A stretch of 58,928 nucleotides of DNA, taken from Deltaproteobacteria bacterium. GTDB lineage: Bacteria > Desulfobacterota > BSN033 > UBA1163. The notes under the pieces were generated by a model that searched no databases, was not told the origin of the DNA, and saw only the letters and a list, made by a program, of their open reading frames with translations. A program made the position numbers and the translations under genes. The number at the start of each line of letters is the position of its first letter. Position 1 is the stretch's first letter. The DNA lies in NCBI GenBank assembly GCA_037444165.1, contig JBBIMX010000007.1, forward strand, positions 1 through 58,928. Reading direction: 5' to 3'. Positions 10,801 through 23,445 of the stretch are shown here, in pieces.

Positions 10801-10976
10801 ACGTCTTCTGGACTGGCTCCCGGATACTCTGTCACAATGGAGACGATGGGATAGGAAATGTCTGGGAAGAGGTCAATGGCAAGATTTGAAAAGGCAATGA
10901 TTCCGAGGATAACAATGGCTAAGGCAATCATGAATCGGGAGATCGGATTCTTAAGAGAACCCTGAATGAGATCCAT
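7857..10976 (-). CDS. RND efflux transporter permease (AcrB/AcrD/AcrF family)
   Basis: 1039 aa; YPGASPE, VDDAIVVLENI, RLRPILMT; two repeats with large periplasmic loops. Confidence 0.93.
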   Translation of the reverse strand: MDLIQGSLKNPISRFMIALAIVILGIIAFSNLAIDLFPDISYPIVSIVTEYPGASPEDVEISITRPIEKRVSRIQNVRFVSSRSREGISIVNIEFYWGTNLDLASTDIQQALSQIQDLFPEEAKLPVIIKFDPSQISVLVLSLTGPMDEFQLRELAEDFIAPRLESQKGVASANVFGGQVREIQIELERSKLEGMNLPLDKVAQAVRAGFMDKPGGSLKTGGREYVVRTIGRSPVVKELEEIVVHSHNGTPVRLRDIGRVRDGAEDAETEVHVNGVRGIVIGVQKQIGGNTVSVVDNVRKILPEIQKELPKGVSLQIINDQSTFIRKSIQNLQKEALMGAFLAAIIIFLFLRNVTSTLIIAHSIPISIICTFVLLYFGKFTINIMTLGGLALGVGRLVDDAIVVLENINRHLELGESPMEASYKGAREVSKPVIAATITSIVVFLPLAFVKGIAALLFVQMAYTVAFSLLASLFGSLTIVPILTSRFLRASKGEEKRASVTHSLFQKTQALFFWIDQSYQRGIEFALSHRGLVVLAVGVIFSGSLFLIPLLGTEFFPPSDEGQVRMGIRLPPGSPLEETKKIVEKVETIIFSEVSELSSLWARAGSGRGRSVIFGGRFAGPHTGSASLMLVDQSERKRSSEMIARALREKVRNIPGVLITVFPGGIISRVMSFGADEPIDVEILGYDIPTGSRLAKEIEALLKEVRGITDIQIGREEGLPEFQVRIRPDRVSSFGLTTSRVSEIVRGAIEGIEAAIYVDPKTGREHKIRVRLREEDRRRPEDLLHLPIPALDGKAIPLANVAEIIQTRGPVQLERKYQQRIIHVTANTSGRDLGSIASEIEEKISKMKIPQGFSVTLKGARLEQKEAFQMLIFSLILAILLVYMVLASQFGSLLHPLLIMFSVPLGFIGVLWALFLTGNTLSVISFIGIIMMVGIVVSNAIILIEFINRLYKEEGFELKEAIVRGGRIRLRPILMTSLTTVFGLTPMALGLGEGAEANASLAIAVIGGLLTSMFLTLVFIPTLYFIVEKWRASRKTGSA

Positions 10977-10983
10977 CGATCCC

Positions 10984-14751
<3,768 letters not shown>

Positions 14752-14781
14752 GGTTCTGTTCCTCCTCTTTTTTTCCCCTCA

Positions 14782-14815
14782 TTTACTCTTTAAAAATTGC
14801 TTTTTGAAGAGTGAA
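14782..14815. repeat. 15-bp imperfect inverted repeat between ptsI and metK
   Basis: TTTACTCTTTAAAAA-ttgc-TTTTTGAAGAGTGAA (two G-T mismatches). Confidence 0.5.
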
Positions 14816-14832
14816 GAGAAGGGTAAAGTTTT

Positions 14833-16629
14833 CTATATCCTCACCTCTTCAGGGAAGAAGGTTTTCAGTTCGTCCGGAAATCGTTCCTTTACCCATCCCC
14901 GAAGATAGCGTTTAATTTCCAATGCCGTCGAGAACCGGAATAATTTTTCAACCAGTCCCTTTATCTCTTCATATCTCACCATCCGGAGAATCTTCTTCAC
15001 CTTCGGAATGGAACTCGGAGTCATACTAAACTCCTCTAATCCCATTCCCAATAATATTAATACATGGAGAGGATCGGCTGCCATCTCTCCGCAGATGGCA
15101 ATCGGGATTCCTGCTTGATGGGCAGACTGAACGACCATTCGAACCATCCTTAAGATGGCAGGGTGAAGAGGCTCGTAGAGATAGGAGACATGCTCATTGA
15201 TTCGATCGACAGCCAAGGCATATTGGATGAGGTCATTCGTCCCGATACTGAAAAAGTCAACCTCCCGGGCTAAAAGGTCTGAGGTCACCGAGGCGGAAGG
15301 GATTTCGATCATGGCGCCGATCGAGATTTCCCGATCGAAGGGAATCCTTGCGCGAGCGAGTCCTCTCTTGACCTCTTCGAGAATCTCCTTGGCTTTCCGG
15401 ATCTCCTCGATTCCGGAAATCATTGGAAAAAGGATCCTGATCTTTCCGTAAGGACTGGCACGCAATATCCCACTGAGCTGGGTCTTAAAGATTTCGGTCT
15501 CTTTCATGCTGAAGCGGATGGCCCGAAGTCCCATGGCCGGGTTGGTCTCATTGCCTTTTGAATAATCGGGTAGAAATTTATCTCCCCCGATATCCAATGT
15601 ACGAATGGTCGCCGGAGCAGGGTAAACGCTTTCAGCCAACTTTCGATAGGTCTGATAGTGTTCTTCTTCTGTAGGGAGATCTTTCCGATTCAAATAGAGG
15701 ATCTCTGTTCGAAAAAGGCCAATCCCTTCTGCCCCATGGCTTTTGGCTGAAGAGATCTCCTCTAACATCTCGATATTGGCCTGGAGGCGGACCCGAATTC
15801 CATCCTTCGTTTCTGCAGGGAGGGGAGCGTATTTCAAAGATTCACGCTCCAAGAATCGGATCCTCTTTTTCCTCTCAATAAAGGATCGAGAGACTTCTTC
15901 GGTGGGATTGATGACGACATCCCCGCTCTCTCCATCGATGAGGAGGAGATCTCCTCCATGGATGAGGGAGGTGGCCACTTCAAGACCCACCACGGCCGGA
16001 ATTCCTAAGGAACGGGAGAGGATGGCCGTATGGGAAACCTTTCCGCCAATATCCGTCACAAACCCTGCAACATGGTTGAGATCCATCTGAAGGGTATCTG
16101 CGGGCGAGAGATCATGGGCCACGATGATGACCTTTCCTTTGATTCTGGTGATGTCATCGTGTTTCTTTCCCATTAAGTTCCTAAAGATCCTTGCGGTGAC
16201 ATAGTGGAGGTCGCTCCGCCTCTCCCGAAGATACTCATCTTCGATGGCCTTAAAGGCAGAGTCAAGTTTTTCAAGCGTGAGATCTAAGGCCCATTCCGAA
16301 TTCACCTTCCGCTTTCGAATATGATCAATCGTATTCTGGATGAGCATCTGATCATCCAGGATCATCAGGTGAACATCGAGGATAAAGGCATGTTGCCTGA
16401 CCTCCGGAGAGAGAATCTTCTCCTTGATTTCCTGAAGTTGCCTTTTGGACTCTTCAATCGCTTTGAGGAATCGGTGAACCTCTTCCTCGACCTGCGAGGG
16501 GTTGATTCGTTTCTGGGGGAGGCGAACCTTATACCGCTCCACCAGATAGGCCCTTCCGGAAACGATTCCAGAAGAGGCTCCAATCCCTCGAATAAACTTA
16601 TTGACCTGTTCCTGGCGAGATCCCTTCAT
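14833..16629 (-). CDS. ptsI: PTS enzyme I (PEP-protein phosphotransferase)
   Basis: SHTAIL phospho-His, GIGLFRTE, DFFSIGTNDL and CGEMA motifs; no N-terminal GAF domain. Confidence 0.96.
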   Translation of the reverse strand: MKGSRQEQVNKFIRGIGASSGIVSGRAYLVERYKVRLPQKRINPSQVEEEVHRFLKAIEESKRQLQEIKEKILSPEVRQHAFILDVHLMILDDQMLIQNTIDHIRKRKVNSEWALDLTLEKLDSAFKAIEDEYLRERRSDLHYVTARIFRNLMGKKHDDITRIKGKVIIVAHDLSPADTLQMDLNHVAGFVTDIGGKVSHTAILSRSLGIPAVVGLEVATSLIHGGDLLLIDGESGDVVINPTEEVSRSFIERKKRIRFLERESLKYAPLPAETKDGIRVRLQANIEMLEEISSAKSHGAEGIGLFRTEILYLNRKDLPTEEEHYQTYRKLAESVYPAPATIRTLDIGGDKFLPDYSKGNETNPAMGLRAIRFSMKETEIFKTQLSGILRASPYGKIRILFPMISGIEEIRKAKEILEEVKRGLARARIPFDREISIGAMIEIPSASVTSDLLAREVDFFSIGTNDLIQYALAVDRINEHVSYLYEPLHPAILRMVRMVVQSAHQAGIPIAICGEMAADPLHVLILLGMGLEEFSMTPSSIPKVKKILRMVRYEEIKGLVEKLFRFSTALEIKRYLRGWVKERFPDELKTFFPEEVRI

Positions 16630-16892
16630 TCTTCTCCAAATTTGTTTTCAATCAGTTTCCCTAAGGATTGAATCGCCTCGGCCGCATCTTTCCCTTCTGC
16701 CTTTAGGGTAATCTTGGATCCTTTTGCTGCGGCCAGCATGAGAATGCCCATGATAGACTTTCCATTGACTTCGATCCCGTCTTTCTCAATGATGATCTCA
16801 GAAGAAAATCGATTCGCTGTCTTGACCAAAAGGGCAGCTGCCCTTGCATGAAGGCCTAATCGATTCTTAATCGTGAATGTCTGAACTTCCAT
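16626..16892 (-). CDS. ptsH: phosphocarrier protein HPr
   Basis: GLHARAA (His15) and GKSIMG (Ser46). Confidence 0.96.
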   Translation of the reverse strand: MEVQTFTIKNRLGLHARAAALLVKTANRFSSEIIIEKDGIEVNGKSIMGILMLAAAKGSKITLKAEGKDAAEAIQSLGKLIENKFGEE

Positions 16893-16941
16893 CCCTTCTC
16901 AAAGAAAGATTCCTTTTGACCGCTCTCAGAGGGCTCCGATC

Positions 16942-17364
16942 TCATTCTTTCTTCTTCTCCACCTTTTTCTTGAGAACCTCGCTCGCTAAATTGATATTCT
17001 TCTGTCCGTAGTCGGTGATAAAAGCGGCCAGCGATTCAAGGTCCATGTCGTCTTGATAGGTGGCCAATTTCAATAACATGGGAAGGTTGACCCCGGTAAT
17101 CACCTCAATCTTTTTCTCCTCCAGGAAGGAGAGACTGATGTTGGAAGGGGTTCCTCCATACATATCGGTAAGGATGAGGACTCCCCCTCCGCTTTCAACC
17201 TTTCGGATGGCTGCAATAATCTTTTCCCTAATCTCTTCGGTGTCCTCTTTAGGGTCGATCGAGACCGACTGAAAATTTTTCAGCTCCTCTCCCACGACGA
17301 GCTGGGCCGCTGCAATGAGTTCCTCTCCTAATCGACAGTGGGTCACCACTACGACACCTACCAT
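16942..17364 (-). CDS. PTS mannose/fructose-type EIIA component
   Basis: VVVTH, TDMYGGTPSN, GVNLPML. Confidence 0.93.
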   Translation of the reverse strand: MVGVVVVTHCRLGEELIAAAQLVVGEELKNFQSVSIDPKEDTEEIREKIIAAIRKVESGGGVLILTDMYGGTPSNISLSFLEEKKIEVITGVNLPMLLKLATYQDDMDLESLAAFITDYGQKNINLASEVLKKKVEKKKE

Positions 17365-17370
17365 TTTCTT

Positions 17371-18306
17371 TTATCCCTTCTCCGCATCGCGGTGTCGCAC
17401 AGAGAGAGAGATCCCCTTCCCGGTCCATTCCTTTTGAAGGATTTCTGCAAGTCGCTCCACCATCACCATCGACCGGTGTCTCCCACCCGTGCACCCAATG
17501 GCTATTGTTAAATGGGTCTTCCCTTCCTTTAAATAGAGGGGAAGGAGAAACTGGATCAATCCATAGACTCGATGGATAAACTCTTGACTCTCCTCCCATT
17601 GAAGGACATATCGCACGATTTTCGGATCATCCCCTTTTAATCGTTTGAGTTCTTCTACAAAATAGGGATTGGGTAAACATCGAGCGTCGAAAACCAGATC
17701 TGCCTCAAAGGGAATCCCATAACTATAACCAAAAGAAAGAAGGGTCAGGATCATCTGGTTTGCCCTCCATTCCCTCTGAGCATAGGCCTGAATCCTTTCC
17801 TTTAACTGATGGATGTTGAAAGAGGAGGTATCGATCACCTCATTGGCCATCTCTCGAAGTCCTTGAAGCCCCATCCTTTCCAATCGAATCCCTTCCAGAA
17901 TCGGGCCTCCAAAGGCTAAGGGATGTTGTCGTCGGGTCTCGCTGAAACGTCTGGTGAGAATGGGGTCCGAGGCCTCTAAAAAGAGAATTTCGATGGGATA
18001 CCCTTCTTCTCTGAGCCGTTGAATGATCCTTCTGGAATCCTCAAAGAAATTCTCTATCTCCTCCCCCTGCCCTCTCTCCTTGGAAAGGCCCGAAGAGGGA
18101 AAGGACGAAGCACTTCGAATATCCTCTACGACCGCCACCCTTGAAATTCTTCCACCCGATTCTTCACAGAGTTCGAGGAATTTGGGGAGAAGAGGAATAG
18201 GAAGATTATCGACGCAATAGAAACCGATGTCCTCTAAGGCTTTAATAGCCGTTGTTTTTCCAGATCCGGATAGGCCGCTGATCAGAATGATTCGAAGAAG
18301 TTTCAC
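17371..18306 (-). CDS. rapZ: RNase adapter RapZ (YvcJ/YhbJ)
   Basis: GLSGSGKT Walker A, ETRRQHP, SFGY, LPNPY, GCTGGRHRS. Confidence 0.95.
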   Translation of the reverse strand: MKLLRIILISGLSGSGKTTAIKALEDIGFYCVDNLPIPLLPKFLELCEESGGRISRVAVVEDIRSASSFPSSGLSKERGQGEEIENFFEDSRRIIQRLREEGYPIEILFLEASDPILTRRFSETRRQHPLAFGGPILEGIRLERMGLQGLREMANEVIDTSSFNIHQLKERIQAYAQREWRANQMILTLLSFGYSYGIPFEADLVFDARCLPNPYFVEELKRLKGDDPKIVRYVLQWEESQEFIHRVYGLIQFLLPLYLKEGKTHLTIAIGCTGGRHRSMVMVERLAEILQKEWTGKGISLSVRHRDAEKG

Positions 18307-19271
18307 TCCACCTCACCTTCGGGCTCCCTTTTCTTCCCCTTTCGCTCTTCCATGGTCTGCAAGAGTTTCTTCTCAAACTCTAAGGCAGAATAGTAGCCCA
18401 TTGTTTTAAGAAGATGGTTTCTTGCCGCCACCTCGATGATCGTGGTTAAATTTCGAGCGGGGGTCACTGGGATTCGTAGCATAGGAAGGCTCACCCCTAA
18501 GATCGTATATTTTTCCTCCTCAAAACCCAGACGATCATGTTCCTGGTCGTCTTCCCAATCCGTCAATTCTAACACTAAATCAATCTTTTTTCTTTCTCGG
18601 ATGGCTTCCACACCAAAAAGACTCCGGATATTGATGATGCCTAACCCGCGTATCTCCATGTGATGCTGGATGACTTCAAAGCCACTTCCGATGAGGGTCG
18701 TCGGAGACTTTTTCTGGATAAAGACCATATCATCCGCCACCAGACGATGACCTCGAAGGATGAGGTCCAAAGCGCATTCGCTCTTTCCAATCCCACTTCG
18801 ACCTAAAAGGAGGAGCCCCACCCCAAACACATCCATGAGGACGCCATGGAGGCTCGTCGTGGGGGAAAGCTTTTCTTCTAAAAATTTGGTCACCCGATCA
18901 ATAAATTCGGTAGAGTTCAGGGTGGTTCGAAAAAGAGGAATCTCCTTCTCCTCGGCTTCATGAAGGAGGGCTTCGGGGATCTCAATATTTCGGGTCACCA
19001 CCACACAAGAAAGATCCAGGTTAAAGATTTGATGGATGATCTTTTGTCGCATTTCCTCCGAGAGGGAAGAAAGATAGGTCATCTCTGTTTTTCCCAATAC
19101 CTGGAGCCGCGAAGGATTGGTATACCGGGTAAAACCGGTTAAGGCTAATCCCATTTTTTGAACCTGGGAATGGGTAATCTTCTTCTTTAGACCCCTTCGG
19201 CCTGCAACCAAGGTTAGGCCCAGATCAAATTCCTTATCCTCTTCTAACTCCTGAACGAGAACCTCACCCAT
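18303..19271 (-). CDS. hprK: HPr(Ser) kinase/phosphorylase
   Basis: GRSGIGKSE, GHRLVADD, EIRGLGII. Confidence 0.96.
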   Translation of the reverse strand: MGEVLVQELEEDKEFDLGLTLVAGRRGLKKKITHSQVQKMGLALTGFTRYTNPSRLQVLGKTEMTYLSSLSEEMRQKIIHQIFNLDLSCVVVTRNIEIPEALLHEAEEKEIPLFRTTLNSTEFIDRVTKFLEEKLSPTTSLHGVLMDVFGVGLLLLGRSGIGKSECALDLILRGHRLVADDMVFIQKKSPTTLIGSGFEVIQHHMEIRGLGIINIRSLFGVEAIRERKKIDLVLELTDWEDDQEHDRLGFEEEKYTILGVSLPMLRIPVTPARNLTTIIEVAARNHLLKTMGYYSALEFEKKLLQTMEERKGKKREPEGEVE

Positions 19272-19732
19272 TAATACTTTTGATCTTCCTCCGAGATGAT
19301 CTCATAGAGCTCCCTTTGGGATCTGGCCTCCATCAGTCTTTTCTTGAAAGAGGAGTCTTTTAATAGATTCGCAATCCTGGCCAAGAGATGAAGATTTTCT
19401 GAGGCGGAATTTTCAGGAGCCATGACCAAAAAAAAGAGCTGACAGGGACGATGATCAATGGAATCAAAATCGACGCCCTGAGTGGATCGCCCAAAGGAGA
19501 TAAAAAACTGCTTCAACCTCCTGAGACGTCCATGAGGAATGGCTACTCCTTCTCCAATCCCTGTGGAACCCAACTTCTCCCTCTCAAAAAGAACAGAGAG
19601 GAGTTCTTCTGATGAAGAGACTTGACAAGGCTCGACCAGAACCTCGGAGAGCTCTCTCAGGATAGAGGTCTTATCTCTTCCCTTCAGTTCTGGGATGATC
19701 CATGACTCTTTCAGATAATCTAAGATCTTCAT
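19271..19732 (-). CDS. ptsN: PTS EIIA (Ntr/Fru-type)
   Basis: REKLGSTGIGEGVAIPHGR; located downstream of rpoN-hpf. Confidence 0.9.
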   Translation of the reverse strand: MKILDYLKESWIIPELKGRDKTSILRELSEVLVEPCQVSSSEELLSVLFEREKLGSTGIGEGVAIPHGRLRRLKQFFISFGRSTQGVDFDSIDHRPCQLFFLVMAPENSASENLHLLARIANLLKDSSFKKRLMEARSQRELYEIISEEDQKY

Positions 19733-20055
19733 TCCACAGGCTTCGCCTTTTTTCTCCTTTGGGATAGATTCTTCCTCTTTCCCTTTTCCCTTTTCTCCCG
19801 AATCTGACGGTCCATCTTTTCGACCATCTGATCGATGGCGGTGTAGAGGTCTCTATCCTTCCCTTCGCTAATATAGGTCATCCCATCTCCTACCATGGTC
19901 ATCTCCGCAGAATGAAGAAACTTCTCTACGGAGAGGACGACATGGCCCTCTTTTGGATTCATCATATATTTCTCTAATTTTTTCACCTTCTCCTGGATGT
20001 ACTGCTTGACTGCCCTGTCTGTCTCTAAGTGTCGAAACGTCACTGAAAGTTTCAT
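19729..20055 (-). CDS. hpf: ribosome hibernation factor HPF/RaiA (short form)
   Basis: MKLSVTFRH..DLYTAID..KMDRQI; directly after rpoN. Confidence 0.9.
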   Translation of the reverse strand: MKLSVTFRHLETDRAVKQYIQEKVKKLEKYMMNPKEGHVVLSVEKFLHSAEMTMVGDGMTYISEGKDRDLYTAIDQMVEKMDRQIREKREKGKRKNLSQRRKKAKPVE

Positions 20056-20085
20056 CGAGCGGCTCCTTCCCTATCCTCAAGGCCC

Positions 20086-21525
20086 TCAGGTGATTCTCCT
20101 TCGTTCACTGGAGGGGAGAATCTTGAGCATCTCACGGTACTTTGAAACGGTCCTTCGAGCGATATGAATATTCATCCCCTTTAAGATTTGGACCAGCTTC
20201 TCATCACTGTAGGGTTTTCGGGGATCTTCCTTGGCGATGATCTCCCGAAGGAGATTTTTGACGGTCTCCGAGGCAAGGGCCTCTCCCTGGGCCGAAGGGA
20301 TCCCGGTGTTGAAGAAAAATTTCAATTCATAAATTCCCTGAGGGGTATGCATGTATTTATTATGGGTGACCCGGCTGATCGTAGATTCGTGCATCTGGAT
20401 GTCCTCGGCCACATCCCGGAGGACTAAAGGCTTGAGAAACTGAATTCCATGATCCAGAAAATCCTTTTGAAATTTCACAATACTTTTAGCCACCTTATAA
20501 ATGGTTCGCTGACGTTGATCGATGCTTCGAATCAACCAGAGGGCGGAGCGGAGTTTCTCTTGGATGTACTTTCGTTCTTCCTGGAGGTTATGGCGACCTT
20601 CTGACAGGAGGCGACGATAATAAGGGTTAATCCTCAACTTTGGAATGCCTTCGTCATTGAGGGAGATGACATATTCTCCCTCGACCTTATAGACATACAC
20701 ATCAGGGATGATCTCCTGAACGATATCCCCTCCGAAGGCCTTTCCAGGTTTTGGATCTAATTTAAAGATCAGCGAGGCTGCCCGGGTCACTCGTTCAACG
20801 GAAAGGCCCAACTTTTTGGCGATCGCAGGATAGTTTCGATTCTTTAACAAGGAAAGGTAATCCGAAATGATCTTCTCAGCCACAGGATCCCTTACGGAAA
20901 GCTGTTCCAATTGAATCAGAAGACATTCCCGAAGGTCTCTCGCCCCGACTCCCACTGGATCGAACTGCTGAATCTTTCGAAGGACACTTTCCACGGAGGA
21001 GATCGGTACCCCTGTTTCAGCACTGATTTCTTCGAGAGGGATCTTTAAGTAACCATCGTCATCGAGATTGCCAATGATCCAGAGACCGGCCTTCTCTTCC
21101 TCCTCTGTAAGTGGGGAAAGTTGGAGCTGCCAGTAGAGATGGTCAAAAAGGGTCGTCCTCTTAGTAAGAAGATTCTCTATCGGAGGACGATCCTCCCCAT
21201 CCTGATCCTTCTGCTTCACGGGAGGGGTTAAATTATAATTTTCCAAATAGCTCTCCCAGTCAAACTCATCTGAACCCTCCCCTTCTCCCTTCACCTCCAA
21301 TGTATGTTCGGAATTCAGCGACGGTTCCTCTCCAAGGGGCTCCCCTTTGTCCTCGCCCTCTTCAACCTCAACCTCTTCAAGCAGCGGATTCTCTCTCATT
21401 TCCTGATTGATCAGTTCGACCAATTCTAACCGGGTCAATTGGAGGAGACGGATCGCCTGCTGGAGTTGGGGGGTGATGACCAACTGTTGAGTCAGTTTGG
21501 GAGTTTGTTTCAGCTCTAAAGCCAT
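20086..21525 (-). CDS. rpoN: RNA polymerase sigma-54 factor
   Basis: Gln/Leu-rich region I (TPQLQQAIRLLQL), HESTISR, RpoN box ARRTVSKYRE. Confidence 0.98.
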   Translation of the reverse strand: MALELKQTPKLTQQLVITPQLQQAIRLLQLTRLELVELINQEMRENPLLEEVEVEEGEDKGEPLGEEPSLNSEHTLEVKGEGEGSDEFDWESYLENYNLTPPVKQKDQDGEDRPPIENLLTKRTTLFDHLYWQLQLSPLTEEEEKAGLWIIGNLDDDGYLKIPLEEISAETGVPISSVESVLRKIQQFDPVGVGARDLRECLLIQLEQLSVRDPVAEKIISDYLSLLKNRNYPAIAKKLGLSVERVTRAASLIFKLDPKPGKAFGGDIVQEIIPDVYVYKVEGEYVISLNDEGIPKLRINPYYRRLLSEGRHNLQEERKYIQEKLRSALWLIRSIDQRQRTIYKVAKSIVKFQKDFLDHGIQFLKPLVLRDVAEDIQMHESTISRVTHNKYMHTPQGIYELKFFFNTGIPSAQGEALASETVKNLLREIIAKEDPRKPYSDEKLVQILKGMNIHIARRTVSKYREMLKILPSSERRRIT

Positions 21526-21554
21526 TCGACCTCTGCGAGACTCCTTCTTTCCCT

Positions 21555-22316
21555 CTATTCCCTCAAAGGAGGAGGAGAGGAATCCAACTTAAATCTTTCT
21601 CCAAGATAGATCTTTTTCGCCTTGGGACTCTGGGCAATCTCCTCTGGACGCCCAGATTCAAGGAGACGTCCTTCGTTGATGATGTAGGCCCGATCACAAA
21701 CCCCTAAGGTTTCTCGTACATTATGGTCAGTAATTATAATTCCAATCCCCTTGGATTTCAATTGACGGATGATCCCCTGAATGTCTGCGACCGCAATGGG
21801 ATCAATTCCTGCAAAAGGTTCATCCAATAGAATAAACATAGGGGAAAGGACGAGGGCTCGGGTAATCTCCACTCGCCTTCGCTCCCCTCCGGAGAGGCTA
21901 AAGGCTTTCTGTTTTCGAAGGGAGGAAAGTCCTAACTCATTTAAGAGTTGCTCTAATCGGGTCTTCCGTTCCTCCTTGGAAAGGGAGAGGGTTTCCAAAA
22001 TGGCCATCAAGTTTTCCTCCACGGTTAATTTTCTGAATACCGAAGGCTCCTGGGGTAAATAACCGATTCCCTTCCTGGCCCTCACATACATGGGAAGACC
22101 GGTTAATTCCTCCCCGTTGAGAAATATCTTCCCTCCATTAGGTCGATAAAGTCCTACGATCATATAAAAAATAGTTGTTTTTCCAGCCCCATTCGGTCCA
22201 AGGAGGCCCACGACCTCCCCTCCCCAGGCCTCCAAACTGACCCCATTGACCACTTTTCTCCGATGGAACGTCTTGGTTAGATCCTCACATTTGAGATGAG
22301 ATACGTTTCGTTCTAT
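21555..22316 (-). CDS. lptB: LPS export ABC ATPase; start uncertain (ATA at 22316 proposed, first canonical start is GTG at 22253)
   Basis: [34 protein letters not shown]; homologous N-terminal strand continues upstream of the GTG. Confidence 0.93.
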   Translation of the reverse strand: MERNVSHLKCEDLTKTFHRRKVVNGVSLEAWGGEVVGLLGPNGAGKTTIFYMIVGLYRPNGGKIFLNGEELTGLPMYVRARKGIGYLPQEPSVFRKLTVEENLMAILETLSLSKEERKTRLEQLLNELGLSSLRKQKAFSLSGGERRRVEITRALVLSPMFILLDEPFAGIDPIAVADIQGIIRQLKSKGIGIIITDHNVRETLGVCDRAYIINEGRLLESGRPEEIAQSPKAKKIYLGERFKLDSSPPPLRE

Positions 22317-22861
22317 TTTTTCTTCTCCTCTTTAGGTGGGGGGACAATGGTGGTGCTCACCCTTCCCCCCTTTCCCCCTTCAACAAAACTTCTTCCTTCA
22401 TCGATGAGATAGACCACCTTTTCTCCCCGGATCATATTCTCCCCTTCCCGGATCACCACTTCTCCCTCTAAAACAATCTTATTCTCGTTCTGGAAGAAGG
22501 TGGCCTTTTGACTGGTGGCCCTGCGATCTCCCTGGGTCACCCTCACATTCCCTGTAGCCACGATCTCCCTTAGCCTTCTGGTCTCTGGATCATAATAAAG
22601 GGTCAATTGATGAGCGTAAAGGGTAGCCTCTTCCTGTTTGGCCACCACATTACCCTTAAACACAATAAGATTCTTTTTTTGATCTCCTTCTACGGAATCG
22701 GAAGTAATATCGATGGGTGAACGGGAAGCAGTAAACCCGAAGGGTGGGGTCCTTCCCCTCAAGGCCTTCTTATTGGGGTCCTCCCTCTCCTGGCCTGCTC
22801 CAGAAGTCAATAAAAAAAGTAATAAAAGGAGAAGGAGACCTGCGCTCACAACCCTCTTCAT
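22313..22861 (-). CDS. lptA: LPS transport periplasmic protein LptA
   Basis: signal peptide, [23 protein letters not shown] beta-jellyroll; lies between lptC and lptB. Confidence 0.9.
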   Translation of the reverse strand: MKRVVSAGLLLLLLLFLLTSGAGQEREDPNKKALRGRTPPFGFTASRSPIDITSDSVEGDQKKNLIVFKGNVVAKQEEATLYAHQLTLYYDPETRRLREIVATGNVRVTQGDRRATSQKATFFQNENKIVLEGEVVIREGENMIRGEKVVYLIDEGRSFVEGGKGGRVSTTIVPPPKEEKKK

Positions 22862-23445
22862 CCTTTTTCCCCTTTCCATCGGGTTTTGACTTGATGAAGT
22901 ACTTTGAAGCTCTTCTCTTCAAGATTGACCCACATCCCTTGACCTACCAGCCGAATCTCTTTTCCTTCCCATTCGATAGGATCCGAAGAGGTCACCCTTT
23001 TCTTCGAGTGGTCATAAAAGAGAGAATGGGTCTGCAATCGGTAACCATCACTGGTGGCAAGGATCACATTCCCTACAAGTTCCAGATTTTTCGAATCTTG
23101 ATAGACTTTTCCTTGATTTCCAGAAAGGGTGAAAATCCTTCCGTCGTCTGAATAATAGACCACCTTAACCTCTTCTAAGGTTAAAAAATTCTCTTTTTGA
23201 TATTGTTGAACGGCTTTTGCTTCCAGTTCCCAATGGATCTTCCCCTTTTTCTCCTCCACAAATCGGATCTTCTCTAATTGTTGATCGATGTTTTCTCCCA
23301 ATCTAAAACCCTTTTCTTGATCACTCTTTTTTTTCTGTTCCTGTAGATTCACCCATAGAAGGCTCAAGACTCCCACCACGATCAGTCCGATAAAGACCAA
23401 TAGAATGACCCTTACTCTTTGAGTCCTCCCTGTCCTTTTTCTCAT
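22858..23445 (-). CDS. lptC: LPS export periplasmic protein LptC
   Basis: single N-terminal TM, WELEAKA, LVGNV; synteny. Confidence 0.88.
   Translation of the reverse strand: MRKRTGRTQRVRVILLVFIGLIVVGVLSLLWVNLQEQKKKSDQEKGFRLGENIDQQLEKIRFVEEKKGKIHWELEAKAVQQYQKENFLTLEEVKVVYYSDDGRIFTLSGNQGKVYQDSKNLELVGNVILATSDGYRLQTHSLFYDHSKKRVTSSDPIEWEGKEIRLVGQGMWVNLEEKSFKVLHQVKTRWKGEKG

Noticed and set aside
14752-14832. SAM riboswitch upstream of metK
   Set aside because: The gap is only 81 nt and has no SAM-I core (AUC..GAG/GAU, kink-turn); only a simple inverted repeat is visible.
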